Source: Lytechinus pictus (taxonomy: Eukaryota). From it: DNA of 64,000 nt. The stretch is from NCBI RefSeq assembly GCF_037042905.1, contig NC_087251.1:48610001-48674000 (forward strand), read 5' to 3'. Both the position numbers and the translations under genes were made by a program. How positions within the stretch are numbered: the first letter of the stretch is position 1; each line of letters opens with the position of its first letter. The notes beneath the pieces were generated by a model. That model was given only the letters and a program-made list of their open reading frames with translations. It ran no database searches and was not told the origin of the DNA. Positions 13,001 to 26,700 of the stretch are shown here, piece after piece.

Positions 13001-16000
13001 CCACCCACCTTTATTGTACTGGTTCTAAATGGGACCAACTGCTGCACCACCCTCACTCCTCTCAGACCTTCCCCTAGGGCGGGGTTCACCACTGTCAGGG
13101 TCACCATCTCTGTCTCATCACCTTCTGATCCACTAGCAGACTGAGAATACTTGTTCTCCGAGGAAGAAGAGGTGCATTTTCCCTCCCCCTCTCCAACGTC
13201 ACATTGTAGATTGGCAGAGCGCAATAGTGATGGTGAGATTTTTGCATGTTCATTGGTAAAATGCCTGAGCTTGGGGTCATTTACAGCTCCTCCGTCATTC
13301 GTCTTCCTGTCAAGAAATTAGAGAAAAAAATAAAAGAGAAATACAACAGTGGTATGCCTGTTTCATGAGACCTTTTATTTTATATTAAATTTCAATAGCA
13401 TCAACCTTAACCAATCAAGTTTCAGTAGCTTGTAAATTGCATCAATTAAGAAGTTCCTAAAATTACTATGGCTAACTTTTCCATTTTAAAAAGACATTAA
13501 TTAGTATTGCAGTGATTTATTTTCAAAAGAAATACTAGTTGAACCATGATGTTTTTGCTGGATAATACTTAAATATGTGTTAATGATGAAAACAATTAAG
13601 ATCAAATTTTTCTGAATATGAAGCCTTAAAATGTTTTGATAAATGCTAATTACAATCTTATAGGAAAGATGAAAATCTCGAAGATCCTACCAAGTATCCC
13701 ACCACCAGTGTTCCTTTCCAGCCAGCTCGGTGTATGTTACATTGATTCCTTGCTCCTTCAATAGACGGTTCATACGCCTACAAAGAGAGAGAGACAGGAA
13801 GACCCATAGAGATAGAGATTGAGAGAAAAGAAAAAGAGAAAGATAAGGAATAAATGCATTGAATACACACAATGTTATAGTATTCATGAAAGAAAGTCGA
13901 TCTGGAGATCTAGTAAGGTATCATAGACAGAAGGATATGGTGTTGCACCTATATAAGGAACAGTCAAAGTTACAAAAAAGATCAATTAAAAGTTATAAAC
14001 GTGTTCCAGACACATAAACATGCATTTCTGCCTTATTCTTTAAATGTTTATGTTATAATAGAAATAAATCAAGAGTAAATGTCAATATAATATCAACATT
14101 CTTCAATGTGTGTGTTAAGGTGAGATGAATGGGAACCCAGCAGGGATAATTCCTTGAATACACAATGCTGGAAATGGCAACTTGAGCTAACTCCAGAGTA
14201 ATGACAAAAGTGCTTAATGACAAAAGTGCGCCTTAGAATAGATAAATGGCGCATTATAAATGCTTATTAATATAATGAATGTGTAACAATTAGAATATTC
14301 AGGGAGCATATATCATGATGAATGTATTAATTCTATTGTTTTTACCTTACAAAGAACGGATGGACAGTTCTGTCTATGGCACCAATCCTGGTCAGGACTG
14401 GTAAACCCTAAAAAAATAATGATAATGAAAAAGAAAATAATAACATTTAGTAACATATATATATAGTGCGAAACCGAGATTTATTGATGATTTATCATAA
14501 CTTAATCACAAACACAATAGACAAATGACCTACCATTGTAAAGCTTAGAACCTCCTCTTTCATCTGATATTACTTAGATTATTTCTCATTCACGCATGAG
14601 TGAGCAAAAACAATTTGAAGAAAGGATTGTCATATCAGGGAGGGAAGCTTAAGAAAATACCCTTCCTGGTATGACTATCACAACAACTCCATCAACAATA
14701 TAAAACAGAAAAGAACGGAAATAGAGACAATAATTCATAAAATTACCTTGACACTTCTTTTATTACGCGAAGGTGCCCCCATGCGCTAACAAGAATCGCA
14801 CATGTTCATGTACATGACATAATACAAAAAACTAATTTGGCGGGGGGTATCTGAATTTAAAAAAGAAAATCACATGCCTAAAAAGTTCAATATTAGCTCT
14901 TTAATTTGATACCTTTATCACAAAAAATGGTCAAGAAGTAAAAAAGTTACGTTCTCTCGAAACAATGCTTGTATTTCCATAGTTTCATCAAATAAACGTG
15001 TTTTCACCGGTTTCCCACAGAAGCTATCGCATGGTTAACAAAAGACTTCATGCATGGCTGATCGTCAACAAAACGGAGTGTCGAGTGAGTTTGAACGCAA
15101 GCCTGTAAAACCTCTTCATTTTATGAAATTATTGAAATTCAAGCCTTATTTCAAATAACCAGAACTTTCTTATTTCTTGACCATTTTCTGTAATTGAGGT
15201 ATCAAATTAAAGAGCAGATATTGAACTTTTTAGAAATGTGGTTTTCTTTTTGAAACCCAGATACAGCCCGCCAAATGACTTTTTGGTATCCCCTCTTCAA
15301 ATTGTTTTTGCTCACTAATGCGTGAATGAGAAATAACCTTAGTAATTTCAGATGAAAGAGGAGATTCTAAGCTTTACAATGGTAGGTCATTTGTCTATTG
15401 TATTTGTGATTAAGTTATGATAAATCATCGATAAATCTCGGTTTCGTTTTTTTTGTGGGACGCACTGTATATCGCTAATACTTTGTTTCTAAACCCTTTA
15501 CATAATTATTATTAGCCTGTTCATCAGTTCCTGGCATGCCCGCAAACAATGTATGCACTTTCTCCACTCCCTAGGGAGCATCCCAACAAGAGTTCCAATA
15601 CTCTATTGCTTGGCTTTGGACCCTTCCAGGTACCCATTTAACATCAATACAAACACTCTAATTCTAAAATTAACAAGGCGCAGATACCATTCAAACATCC
15701 TTGCCATTATTTAGACACATCAAAAAAAAAACACACACACACAAAAAGAAAAAGCTTCTGAGTACAGATGAGTCTTCGAAAATGCTTTAGAATCACCTTA
15801 ATACACTCACATGATGTCTTTGTCAAATGAATTGATAAAGGTACATTAGTGTAATTACCTGAAGGTTAGAAATATGTCTATCTGCATCATTTTCAGCAAT
15901 ACAGGCCTGGATGAGAGGAAATTGGAAAGAAGCAACACAAATATGATAAGGAGAAAAATATTAGTTTGTGATATACATGCAGTCATACATAATATCACTG

Positions 16001-19000
16001 AATTTCACATTACATGATCAACACAATCCTTATTCATGTTCATCAGTGGGGTTACAATTTATATTGCCTTTTTTACAAGCTCTGCTTTTCTTGGCAAGTC
16101 CCTCCGTTCAGATAATTTTATCTTCAATATTTGTTATGAAATGTCATAGAACTGTATGTATTATTTTGAGTATGTATTATTTTGAACATGTATTTACACT
16201 GTACTTGGATTATATCTTTTGTTTGAACGGAAATAAATAAATGAATAAATGAAATGAATATTACAACCATTGGCGAAACTATGACATAATTTTAATTTTC
16301 TCAGAGGGTTGGGGGTGAGGGAAATTTTATCTACATGTATTTTTCATGACAAAGTACAATTCGAATTGAACCTGTGTCAATATGGGTAATCTTTTGCAAT
16401 TATCAAGATCTATGTTGGACATCATAAGTGTAAATCGACTTTTGCCCCGTTTGGAACAAAACATTTTCAGTCAGTTCGTAATTACTTTTTAACCTGTGAG
16501 GTTTTTCATAACAAAAACACAAATAATAATAATAATAGGCATGTATAATAGCACCATCTATCTAAAAATAATCTATTCCAAGGCAAACTTTAATTGTTAC
16601 CCCAACTCTAGCTATAAAAGGAAATATTTCTGCTGGGTACATATCTGCCTCACTTGTGTTGAGTGCATCACAATGTGCTTAAATAAAAGCACACCATGAC
16701 TGGGCTTTGAACCCATGACCCTCTGTTAGGTAGACAAGGGTCCGCCCATCACTTGCCAGTGATCAAAATAATGGATAAATCATTGGACAGCATTGAAATC
16801 ACACAGTATTTACCTCTAATATGTGTTTGGTAGCTGAATCTGTGTGACTGGTACTGATGTCATGTCTACAAAGGAAAAGAACATGAAGTAGCAATGACCG
16901 TAAATCACAAGACACTTTCAATATACCACCATCGCCAATTGGCACCAAAAGTTACACATGAATTCAATAATACTGCAATTTGTATGTCACATTGAACATC
17001 AAATATAACAAAATAGCATGAAAACTGCAAGGATATCATACTGCTTACATACAGAGGCCAAGATCTTTTAAAGAATTCTATGGTTATATGGCGATTTTTT
17101 AATGGGGGGGCTTCAAATATACCTTACAAATTTAGTTTACGCACTGACATAGCAATCCACATAGCTCATTGCATAACACATTTAAAGCAAAATTGCCCCC
17201 CATAACTCAGATTCATCTAAATTTGAAGGAACAGAATAACTGATTGAACTGACCTGAAGAAAACATTGCTATCACCATACTCCTCTTTCTTGATCCATCC
17301 AGCGAGTGAGACCACGGCAAGGGCTCTGTCTGGGTAATGGGTGGCCAGGTGCCATGCCCCATGACCCCCCATGGAATGTCCCGCAAAGATGACCTGATCG
17401 GTCAGAGGCTTGTTGGGCATCCATGCAATCTCGGACATCATCTGGCGACATGACCAGAGAAAATGAAGAAGTGCTAGATAACAAGTACATTAAAATATAG
17501 GGACAGCGTTTTTCTGTTTACCTGTACATCAAAATGGAAAACCTGTTTTGGTTCGTTACTATCTAGTGAAAATCCATTTAATTACCTTTGCAAAACAGAA
17601 TTAATGTTTTTTGTTGTGTTCATTTTCTATGACAAAATGAAATTTCCATATTAGAACAAATTTGAAGGGAATTACAGGTTTTCAGAAAAGGAAAAGACTT
17701 ATTTTTTCAATGGAATACTTAGACACCAGTATGTGATTGTGAGATGACTTTCAATAATGTCTGTTAGTACTTCAAGGATCCCAAATGAATCAAGAACATC
17801 ACTAACAAAATGATGCATGACTCAAATAATCACACATAATTATGAGACAGTCATATGTTCATGAATTTACAGACATTGTTCCTAGTACTGGCTGCTTAAA
17901 CCACAAGAATTAAAACAACCATTACAAACCTGATGTAATCTTTGAAGTGCAGTCATTGATGTCAGGGTACCAGGACCTTCCCAGTTATGAGCCCCATGCC
18001 TGGATAAAAGCGAATCAATGAATAACATTTGACAACACTTACATGTAGGTCATGACAAAACTTTCAATCTTTGTTTCCCACTTTCTTCTTCTCATTCTTT
18101 TGTTTTATGTTTAAATTGTATCCAAGGTGACACATTATCAACTTAGTTTAATTATTATTCCCCTATAATCTTTAACGTGTGTAAATATGTTTTATCTATT
18201 ATTTATTATCATATGTTGTGTATATCAAGTACCATGGTTAGAAATCTGTCAATCTTTATTGTGTTATTGTGTAAACCAATGGCAATAAGACCATACTGAT
18301 AGTAGACTAATATGAGTTAAGCCCATGTGTTTATAATAATAATAAGCATTTATATAGCGCCATCTATCTAGAAATATTCTATTCCGAGGCGCGTTGTTAT
18401 TATTATTATTATTATTACCTTGGCTTTAGCTCAAGTTGCCTTTCAGCGCTCATGCATTCAAGGAATTAATCCTGCCGGGTACCCATTCACCTCACCTGGG
18501 TTGAGTGCAGCACAATGAGGATAAATTTCTTGCTGAAGGAAATTACGCCATGGCTGGGATTCAAACCCACGACCCTCTGTTTCAAAGTCAGAAGACTAAT
18601 CCACTTGGCCACAACGCTCCACAGACTATCTGGTACCAGACTATCTCAGAAAAACAGAAACTGCCTTTAGAATAAGTGAATAAAAACTGGCAGAGATTTA
18701 CTCATGGCTGGTAGGTGCCAAGACCCAAGCCCTCTAAAGACTAAGGGCAATTAGACCAAATTGATAATAGACCAAATTGGTTTTGCCAACTGTGTATGAG
18801 GTATTAGACTATCTGAATCGGAGAAAACTGCTTGTATACTATAAAAGTAATAAATACAAACTGGCAAATATATGCTCATACCTTGTGGGTGCTAAGACCC
18901 AAGCCCTCTCAAGACCAAAGAACCAGCTCTCATCTTCCATTCTCTTGTACCCATCAGCTTGGTTCTGGGCTTCAACACCCGTACCATGCAATGTCAACAA

Positions 19001-22000
19001 TACCTGCAAAAGAGATGGTTGAAAATGTGACAGCATCTCATCATGTTTGCAACAATTTAGAAAGATATTATGATATCATAGTCCCATTAATCTTGCATCA
19101 TAGAATTGGGTCCATTCTTATTGCTATGATTAATAAATAATTTGCTTTGATACGAGTTAATAATTACATCACATTTTTTTCATCATTTTTTTACTTACCG
19201 GACACTGACCAACAGGGCAATCTTCAAGTGGCTCAATAGCAGCTGCATGTTGAACCTATGTATAAGTAAATGCAGTTAAGAAAAAGTTCAGCTCTGCGAT
19301 AAGAAAAAATGTTAACTGCAAAATATTCCTCTAAAAACTCTTTTATTGGAATCTGACCAAATATATGAAGAGCTACACTTTTATTGGATGAACAAAAATT
19401 GGGATCAAAGCGATAATAATATAAATACTAATCTGTATATATCAAAGAGCTTACAGGTGGGGAGCATTTCATCAATATTTTTGTCCAACAAGTTGTCAGA
19501 TCTGACAACTTTTCTTGACTTTGAATGGCTGAAAAGCACTGTTACTATGGTAACTGTGGAATAAAATGGGACTTGTTGGATTACACGTCTGACAAGTCCT
19601 TTCATGAAATGCTCCCCAGGTCATCAGATTCAATCAGTCATTTCCGCATACAATGTATGCACATCCTCCACTCCCTGGGGAGTATATTTTCATACATTCA
19701 AACTTGGTCTGAAATGTGAAAAGATTAACTCATCTACACGTAGCTATTGTGATCCAAGGATTACAAAAGGAAATATTTACTACGCTTCACAATTATTAGA
19801 TAAATCAAATATTAAACTAAAAGTAAATTCTGCTAAAAACTGATTTTGGAAATGTGACAAGATTACACTTACCGAACCATCATGATCCAAGAATGAGAAG
19901 ATGAAGGATTCATGCCTCTTTCTGCATCTGATTTTGACCGGTAATACCTGGGTCTCTTTGACCCCAGTAGCAGATACTTTTAACTTGAAACTGGGCATCA
20001 CAAAAAGACAAGATAAAAGTGTGACATGACCTCTTGAGTTACTTAATATAAATGCAGCTGTACAGATAAACAAAAAACTTGGGCATCAATTTCCCACAGT
20101 ACCACTTCACAATTGCATAGTCCTCGTGAGCTCTAAAAGGATGTTTGAGATATAAAATAAGACGTTTTTCAAATTCACTAACATAAGTATATGGGATTTG
20201 ATATTAGTCATATTCCTTTTTAAAACACATTTTCATCACATCCACTGAAGAGTAACAAAGTGTTTATAATCATTGGCATTTGACAGTAGCCCCCAAAATA
20301 GCCAAGAAATAGGATTGAATTATTTAGAGGCTTGCTATAAAGTACATAACCAAATACTGGCTAAAAAGTTCAAGTGTGACCGTTTGAAAGGGCTTTATTG
20401 CTAGGATTACACTGACTGCACCTGTACAACTCATTCTCCATCCCTCCCACCTTTACCCGTTGTACAGCCTACCTGATGCCACGGCAGGCATCCTCATGGA
20501 TTTCAAGACCATCTTGGTTCCTGTCTAGAGCAAGACGGATGATGATTGGTATAGTTTGTCCTGGGGCTACATTCATCAGACCTCGCTCTCTGAATGCGCC
20601 AATTGTGACTTCAGATGGCTCTGCCAAGCTGACTCTGTGTAAGTAAAACAGAACGATATCCATATGACTAACAATATCATCTTTACAACAAATGATTTTG
20701 TAATCTGTGATGTCAATTACACTACATTAATTTACCCAATTTGATACAGAATTTTGATAAAATTGAATTTATTGTGTCATTGTCATTTGGTACCACTTCT
20801 CTTCTTTACTTTTATCAAGGCTTTAAGTTGTATTTTTTATGGCAAGATCAATTAATGTATCCTATTCACAATACAGTACAATCATGCATGCATCTTAATA
20901 TTGATTCACAATCATTAAGAATGAACCCTTTTGTTCATGAAACCTATTGCCAAAAAATGCATATGAAGTGGCATTCCTGCATCCTAAATAAGGACATTTG
21001 AAAATAAGAATCCTTGAAAATTTGCTTTAGAAATGTCTGACTCACTTAACATTTTTGAGCCATTTATTCCCTTGAAGATTGGTGAGAGGAAAAGTAAACA
21101 CATCTCCCATTAAGGTATCCTCCACAATATCTGGTACATTGGTAGCTGGACGCACTAAGAAAGGATCTCCATCTAAAGATGAAACAAACGGATGAGCAAG
21201 TGGAATAATGTTATTTAATATAATGACCAATTTGATTTGACACTTAACACACAACACCCTTAACTCTTTAAATGCCATTGGCAGCTATGCGTGCCCTTAG
21301 CCCTCAAATGCCATTGGCACGTATACGTGCCCAAATAACTTTTTTTTTTAAACCAATTTTACAGCCAGAAAATCAACACCATATTCTCTGTTTTTTATGT
21401 TGTTATACTAGCAAGGAATTCACGATTTATTTTATCATATAAAAAATCGTGGTTTACATAGACATTTTTTGAGTAAAATTGTATTTTTGCATCGTTATTT
21501 TGAAGAATTGATTTCGGATATTGCCGCGATCTGAATCAAGTTTTCCCCTATAGACACGTGTGATATAACGGTTGTGTGTAGCAATACACGTACTTCTATG
21601 GGCAGAGCAAAGGCGAATGTGCGGAGACATTCAGCTCGGAATCGACCAATGACCGAGCGGTACGATGTTCCCCACCCAACGCTACTCGCCCATTCGCTAT
21701 TGTTACATGAATATTCATGAGCTATCCATCGGGTCTTTTGCAGGCCGGTATGGTAGTATTCTTGAGTCAAGGCTTTTTTCTGCCTGCAAATGTGCATGGT
21801 TTGGGGGAGATTTTTTTTTTTTTTTTTTGGGGGGGGGGTGGGGGCAAAGGTCTTATACATCGTTTTTAGCATTCTCACAAAATTTTTCTTGTTATAAATA
21901 CATGAGTAAAGAAGCCTGTCATTTCCAACACTCGTCTGCGCACTGCAATCATCACACTCATTATTTATTTATTCATTATTATTGTTATTAATATTATTAA

Positions 22001-23753
22001 TATTATCATTATTAGTATTACTATTATCATAATCATTATTTTCATTATTGTTATTATAATTATTATTATCATTATCATTATTCTTCTCCTTCACCTTCTT
22101 CTTAGTATTAAAGGGATGGTCCGGGCTGAAAGTATTTATAGTTTTATAAATAGAGCAGAATTCACTGAGCAAAATACCGAAAATTTCATCAAAATCGGAT
22201 AACAAATAACAAAGTTATAGAATTTTAAATTTTAGCAATATTTTATGAAAACAGTCGTCATGAATATTCATTAGGTGGGCTGATGATGTCACATCTCCAC
22301 TTGTTCCTCTGTATTTTATTATATGAAATTAAGTTTATTCAATTTTTTTCCTTCCAAGCACTAGAAAAATTGAATTGACAACTGATTTAATGCACTAGAT
22401 ATTTATTGCTGCAACTTATTTCATTATAAGGGAGATATATTATTCACACAAGTATGAAATAATGAAATAATTATGATTTTATGTTGCCAGCAAAAAGATG
22501 ATGGGTAAATTCCCCTACACGCTGAGCTCATATGTCAAATCTGATAGCATGTACTACTAAATGAAAAAAACGAATCAAGCAAGTTTGATAACAACACCAA
22601 ATTACGTACCAAGTTTGGTGGAAAAAAAAAAAACATCAAATTTGCATCGGTTACGGAAATAAACCTAAATATTATTTTGATCATCAACAAAATATATGTT
22701 GCCAATGAGACAAGGGTGAAGTAAAAAATATGATGGGTGTAAGTAAGATTTGAAAAAAAAGAAAAAGTAAACACACTTTCCATGATCTTTTATTTACAAA
22801 ATTCTGTGAATGTCATGCATTTTCCGTAATGCGTTTTTTTTTTCATTCTTCCTCATTTGTTTTATTAGCGAGAAATAATTTATATCAATCAATGTATAAT
22901 TTCTTCCGATGATCCGCTTTCTTTTGTTTCTCCCTTTTTGCCAGCAAAAAGATAATGGGTATATTCCCCTACACGCTGAGCTCATATGCCAAATCTGGTA
23001 GCATAAACTGGATAACTACTAAATGAAAAAAAAATTATAAATCAAGCAAATTTGATCATTGGAAATGTAAAATGTACTTACATATCGAGTATGTTGATTG
23101 TGCATAAATCCTACCGCATGAATAAAATATTGACAATGCACGGTATAAAATTTAGTGGTGTCACTTATATATCATTTGAACAGCAAATAATGTTCATTTC
23201 ATTTTTTATTTCAGGGAAGGGGAAGTAAAATTAATCCTTACTTGATTGATATTTTTAATGACGGGGTAATTATAAATATCACAAATAAAAAGGTGTAGAA
23301 AATATAATTTCTGATATTGTCGAAAGCAATATCTTTAATCCATTACAAACATATTATTTGAATAAACAATCGTAAGGTTCAACAAATTATAAAGATCTAA
23401 ATTTCTACAAATTGTTAGTAATTTCTACATTCACACCCCATTGCTTCGTTATTTCTGTTTCCTCTTTTCTCTTTCAATTTCCTGTATTTTTGATTTGTCA
23501 AGGACTATAGCCTATACATTTCTTCAATCTTATATCTCATCTTTATCCTTTATTTCTAAATATGCAAAATAGGCTTCAGCTACAAGTAAATTTAATTATT
23601 TTAAACTATTTGTTTTTCTTTATGCTTTTGATAAGTGGAAATAACGATGCCATTGTTTGTGCTGGTGGTCGTGGTGGCGGAGGTGTGCTGTTTTCCCCGT
23701 GATTACTTGTTATCATTCTCGACATTATCCATGCCATCTTTACCATCATCCCT

Positions 23754-23788
<35 letters not shown>

Positions 23789-26700
23789 TTAGATTAGAAA
23801 ATTTAACGCATATTGTCGATGCTAAATGTCTTAAAGTCGAAACAAATATTTGAATAAAAATTATGTATTTTAATGGCGATAAGTCAATGGAAGGCGTTGG
23901 GGAAAGAGACAGAGGAATTTTAATCTTGATCTCAACGGAGAGAAAAGTTATTGTTCGTATTGGAACCTTTGAATGTATTCAATTGTCAAATCAAAAGACG
24001 CGCACGTGGCCCGATTTCTATGAACATCCTGTGCTAAATTGCTCTCCTCGATAATAGGTCAGGAGGGAGCGCGGATTAGACATTCCTCATGAAAGAGAGT
24101 CTGGGCATCTATTGTTCATGACTTGGTGGCATGAACAATAAAATGTAGTTGCTATCAGACAGGTGGCTACTTTGGTCGAAGATTATTCTTTTTAATACCG
24201 AAGCAGATAATAGGAATATTTCACCCCCATCATGAAATGTCCACATAGTGAATTTTACCTGTTATGTTTATCGTTCTTTCACTGTTCAGCTACGATTTTA
24301 TATCAAGTAGAGATCCCATTGGGCTTGCTGGCGTGTCAACGAAGACAGTTTTTTTTTTTTATATTCAAACCGCTTGCTATGCATGCTCGCTCGCGGAATG
24401 AATGAAGTCAAAAGTTTGAAAATAATCAATTATTCAAAGACATAATATGCAATGAGGCCCCTTTTCTTGTCTAAAATTGTCATTATATTTCCATATTTAT
24501 ATTGCATTATATTTTCCACACGAAAAAGAATATCCGGCATCTATTGTTCATTCTTTGGCATGAACGAGATGCATAGTTGGCCCAGATGTATATCCTTTCA
24601 TAGATGCGGCTACAAAGATCAGATATGATCATATTTCAAATTTTTTTTTGCGACCCTGACAAAATATGACCAAACTTTACACTGATTCATGCTTTAGAAC
24701 GATAGTTGAGTGGGTCGCAAATGTTTGTTGCCGACACTGGATAGAAATCGCCTACATTATCCAAAACAGTATATAGTTGAGTGCATCGCACACCACATAT
24801 CGTATCCAGGTTACGATTTTTCTAAAACATGTTTTGCATTACGACAATATTGACAAGAATTTAAATGACATAAAATTTACTCTGCACTAATAATTTTGTT
24901 TCCCCTATAGCGGTTGTTGCGGAATACCGCACATTCTGAAAATTTACAGGGTCTTATTTTGAAGACTACACGAATGTAAGGGTACGGTTGGCTGCACTGT
25001 GAAGATACATGGCTCTAATATATTATTGTATGTGTTTGCGTGGAGATCGCAGCTGTGCTGTGATTGGTCACTTGATCGACGACAATGCCCTTTTTTGGAA
25101 AAAGGTCGGTTTCAATTGCGTGTGTATAAACCCTCTCGTATTTCAGAGGAAATAACTTGAATAGCAAAATAGTATTTCATTCAAGAGAGCATTATTTTCC
25201 ATATTTCTGTATGTTAAATTTCATCAAAAGATACGTCATTTGAAAGGGTAAACATTGAACTTTCATTTTATCTTCTTAATTTCTTGGTATCTCTACAATT
25301 ACTCAGGTTATTTACTCTTTGAAATGTTCATGAAATCATAATTTTCTAGGTTTTACTTATTGAAAAAAACGATGAAAAATATTTCATCTTTTCTTAATTT
25401 TTCCGATTGCAAATATGAAAGGTCATAACATGATCATAAAGTCCATGAACCATGCATCATTTCATGTGTAGAAGGTTTGATTATACAACGTACGGGTAAA
25501 GAGTTATGACCGTTTAAAAATCAGTCTCTGCTTACGTTTCGGTCAATTTAGGATTCCCTCGAATACCCCTGGCACTAGAGGGGTATTGGGCCTGGCATAG
25601 TAAGAGTTAAAGCACTAAAAGCAAGTTTAATTATTATCATTCCTTACTATTAAAATTCTGCATTAAACATGATTTAAAAACTCTGAAACATCCTAATATC
25701 AATAAATATTAAGCACTAGCTTTTCATTTGTGATTGCGCGGTATTTTAGTTGCTTTTGTTATGTATGTTTTTTTTTTGCAATATCTCATGCTAATTAGTT
25801 GACTATAATAAAACTTACCTGCAGCTCTGATGTTACAACTAAAGACCTACAGGTTTGAAAAAAAGAAATCCTCTTATTAGATCGAGAGGCAGAGTAATGA
25901 TGCCTGAAGTACAATAAACAAAAACAAAGACTCTAAAGAAATAGTGATAAGACATTGCAGTGGTAGCAATTCGATCTTCAGATTCCTCATGCAAAATGTT
26001 GAGGCAGTGGGGGGGGGGCAATATGCCACCCCCTGTGTCTGATAGGGACAACATCCTTGTAGTATGGGTGCAAATCATGGTAAATAAAACATTGATTTCG
26101 TAACTCAAATAATATTCTGTTGATTTTATTGAATTGAGGAAAGAAAAATAGCCTGATATGAATTGGAAAAATATTATCATTTTCCCCTTTCTTTCTAGAC
26201 CGACTCATCTTCAAATGAAACAAAGTCAATGAGAGACCACACACAGTATTGCCAATTTCCTCTCGTTTTAACACTGCTGTATCAACCATTAAATGCTTTA
26301 TGGATTCACTATAAACAACTGCTCTTTTTTTAATAGTCATTTTACTAGACACTTTAGAACTTAATCACGCTATAAATAGGAGAAAACACAAGTCATTTAT
26401 TTACCTGTGAACCTTTAGCTCTCAAGCGAATGAAGATTGTGTGAATACCAACATCTAGAGGGATTGTAAACCTAACAATACAAAAATGCATAGAAAGAAG
26501 ATTGGGATCTAATCATAAGGCTCCCAAGGAAATTAATTAAATGAAAACAATAAAAAAAAAAATTTTATGGTTGAAATTCACTCTTCCTTCCCTATGCCCT
26601 TTTTGCCCTTTGTGTATTCAAAAGTATAATTTTCTTTTAAAAGTAATTATCATAATTCATTTAGGTGTGAAATTAGGCAAAGTAAGTGTACATTATCCTA

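Larger units (their letters stand above)
21264..25606. mobile_element. piggyBac-like non-autonomous element (4.3 kb) filling most of intron 10
   Basis: TTAA|CTCTTTAAATGCCA...TGGCATAGTAAGAG|TTAA; subterminal repeat AAATGCCATTGGCA; no transposase ORF. Confidence 0.6.

Noticed and set aside
11101..13080. CRISPR-like appearance of the regular array
   Set aside because: Whole units repeat with no unique spacers, the context is eukaryotic, and there are no cas genes.
21969..23853. Poly-Asn, poly-Met and poly-Ser ORFs
   Set aside because: Translations of (ATT)n and (CAT)n microsatellites.
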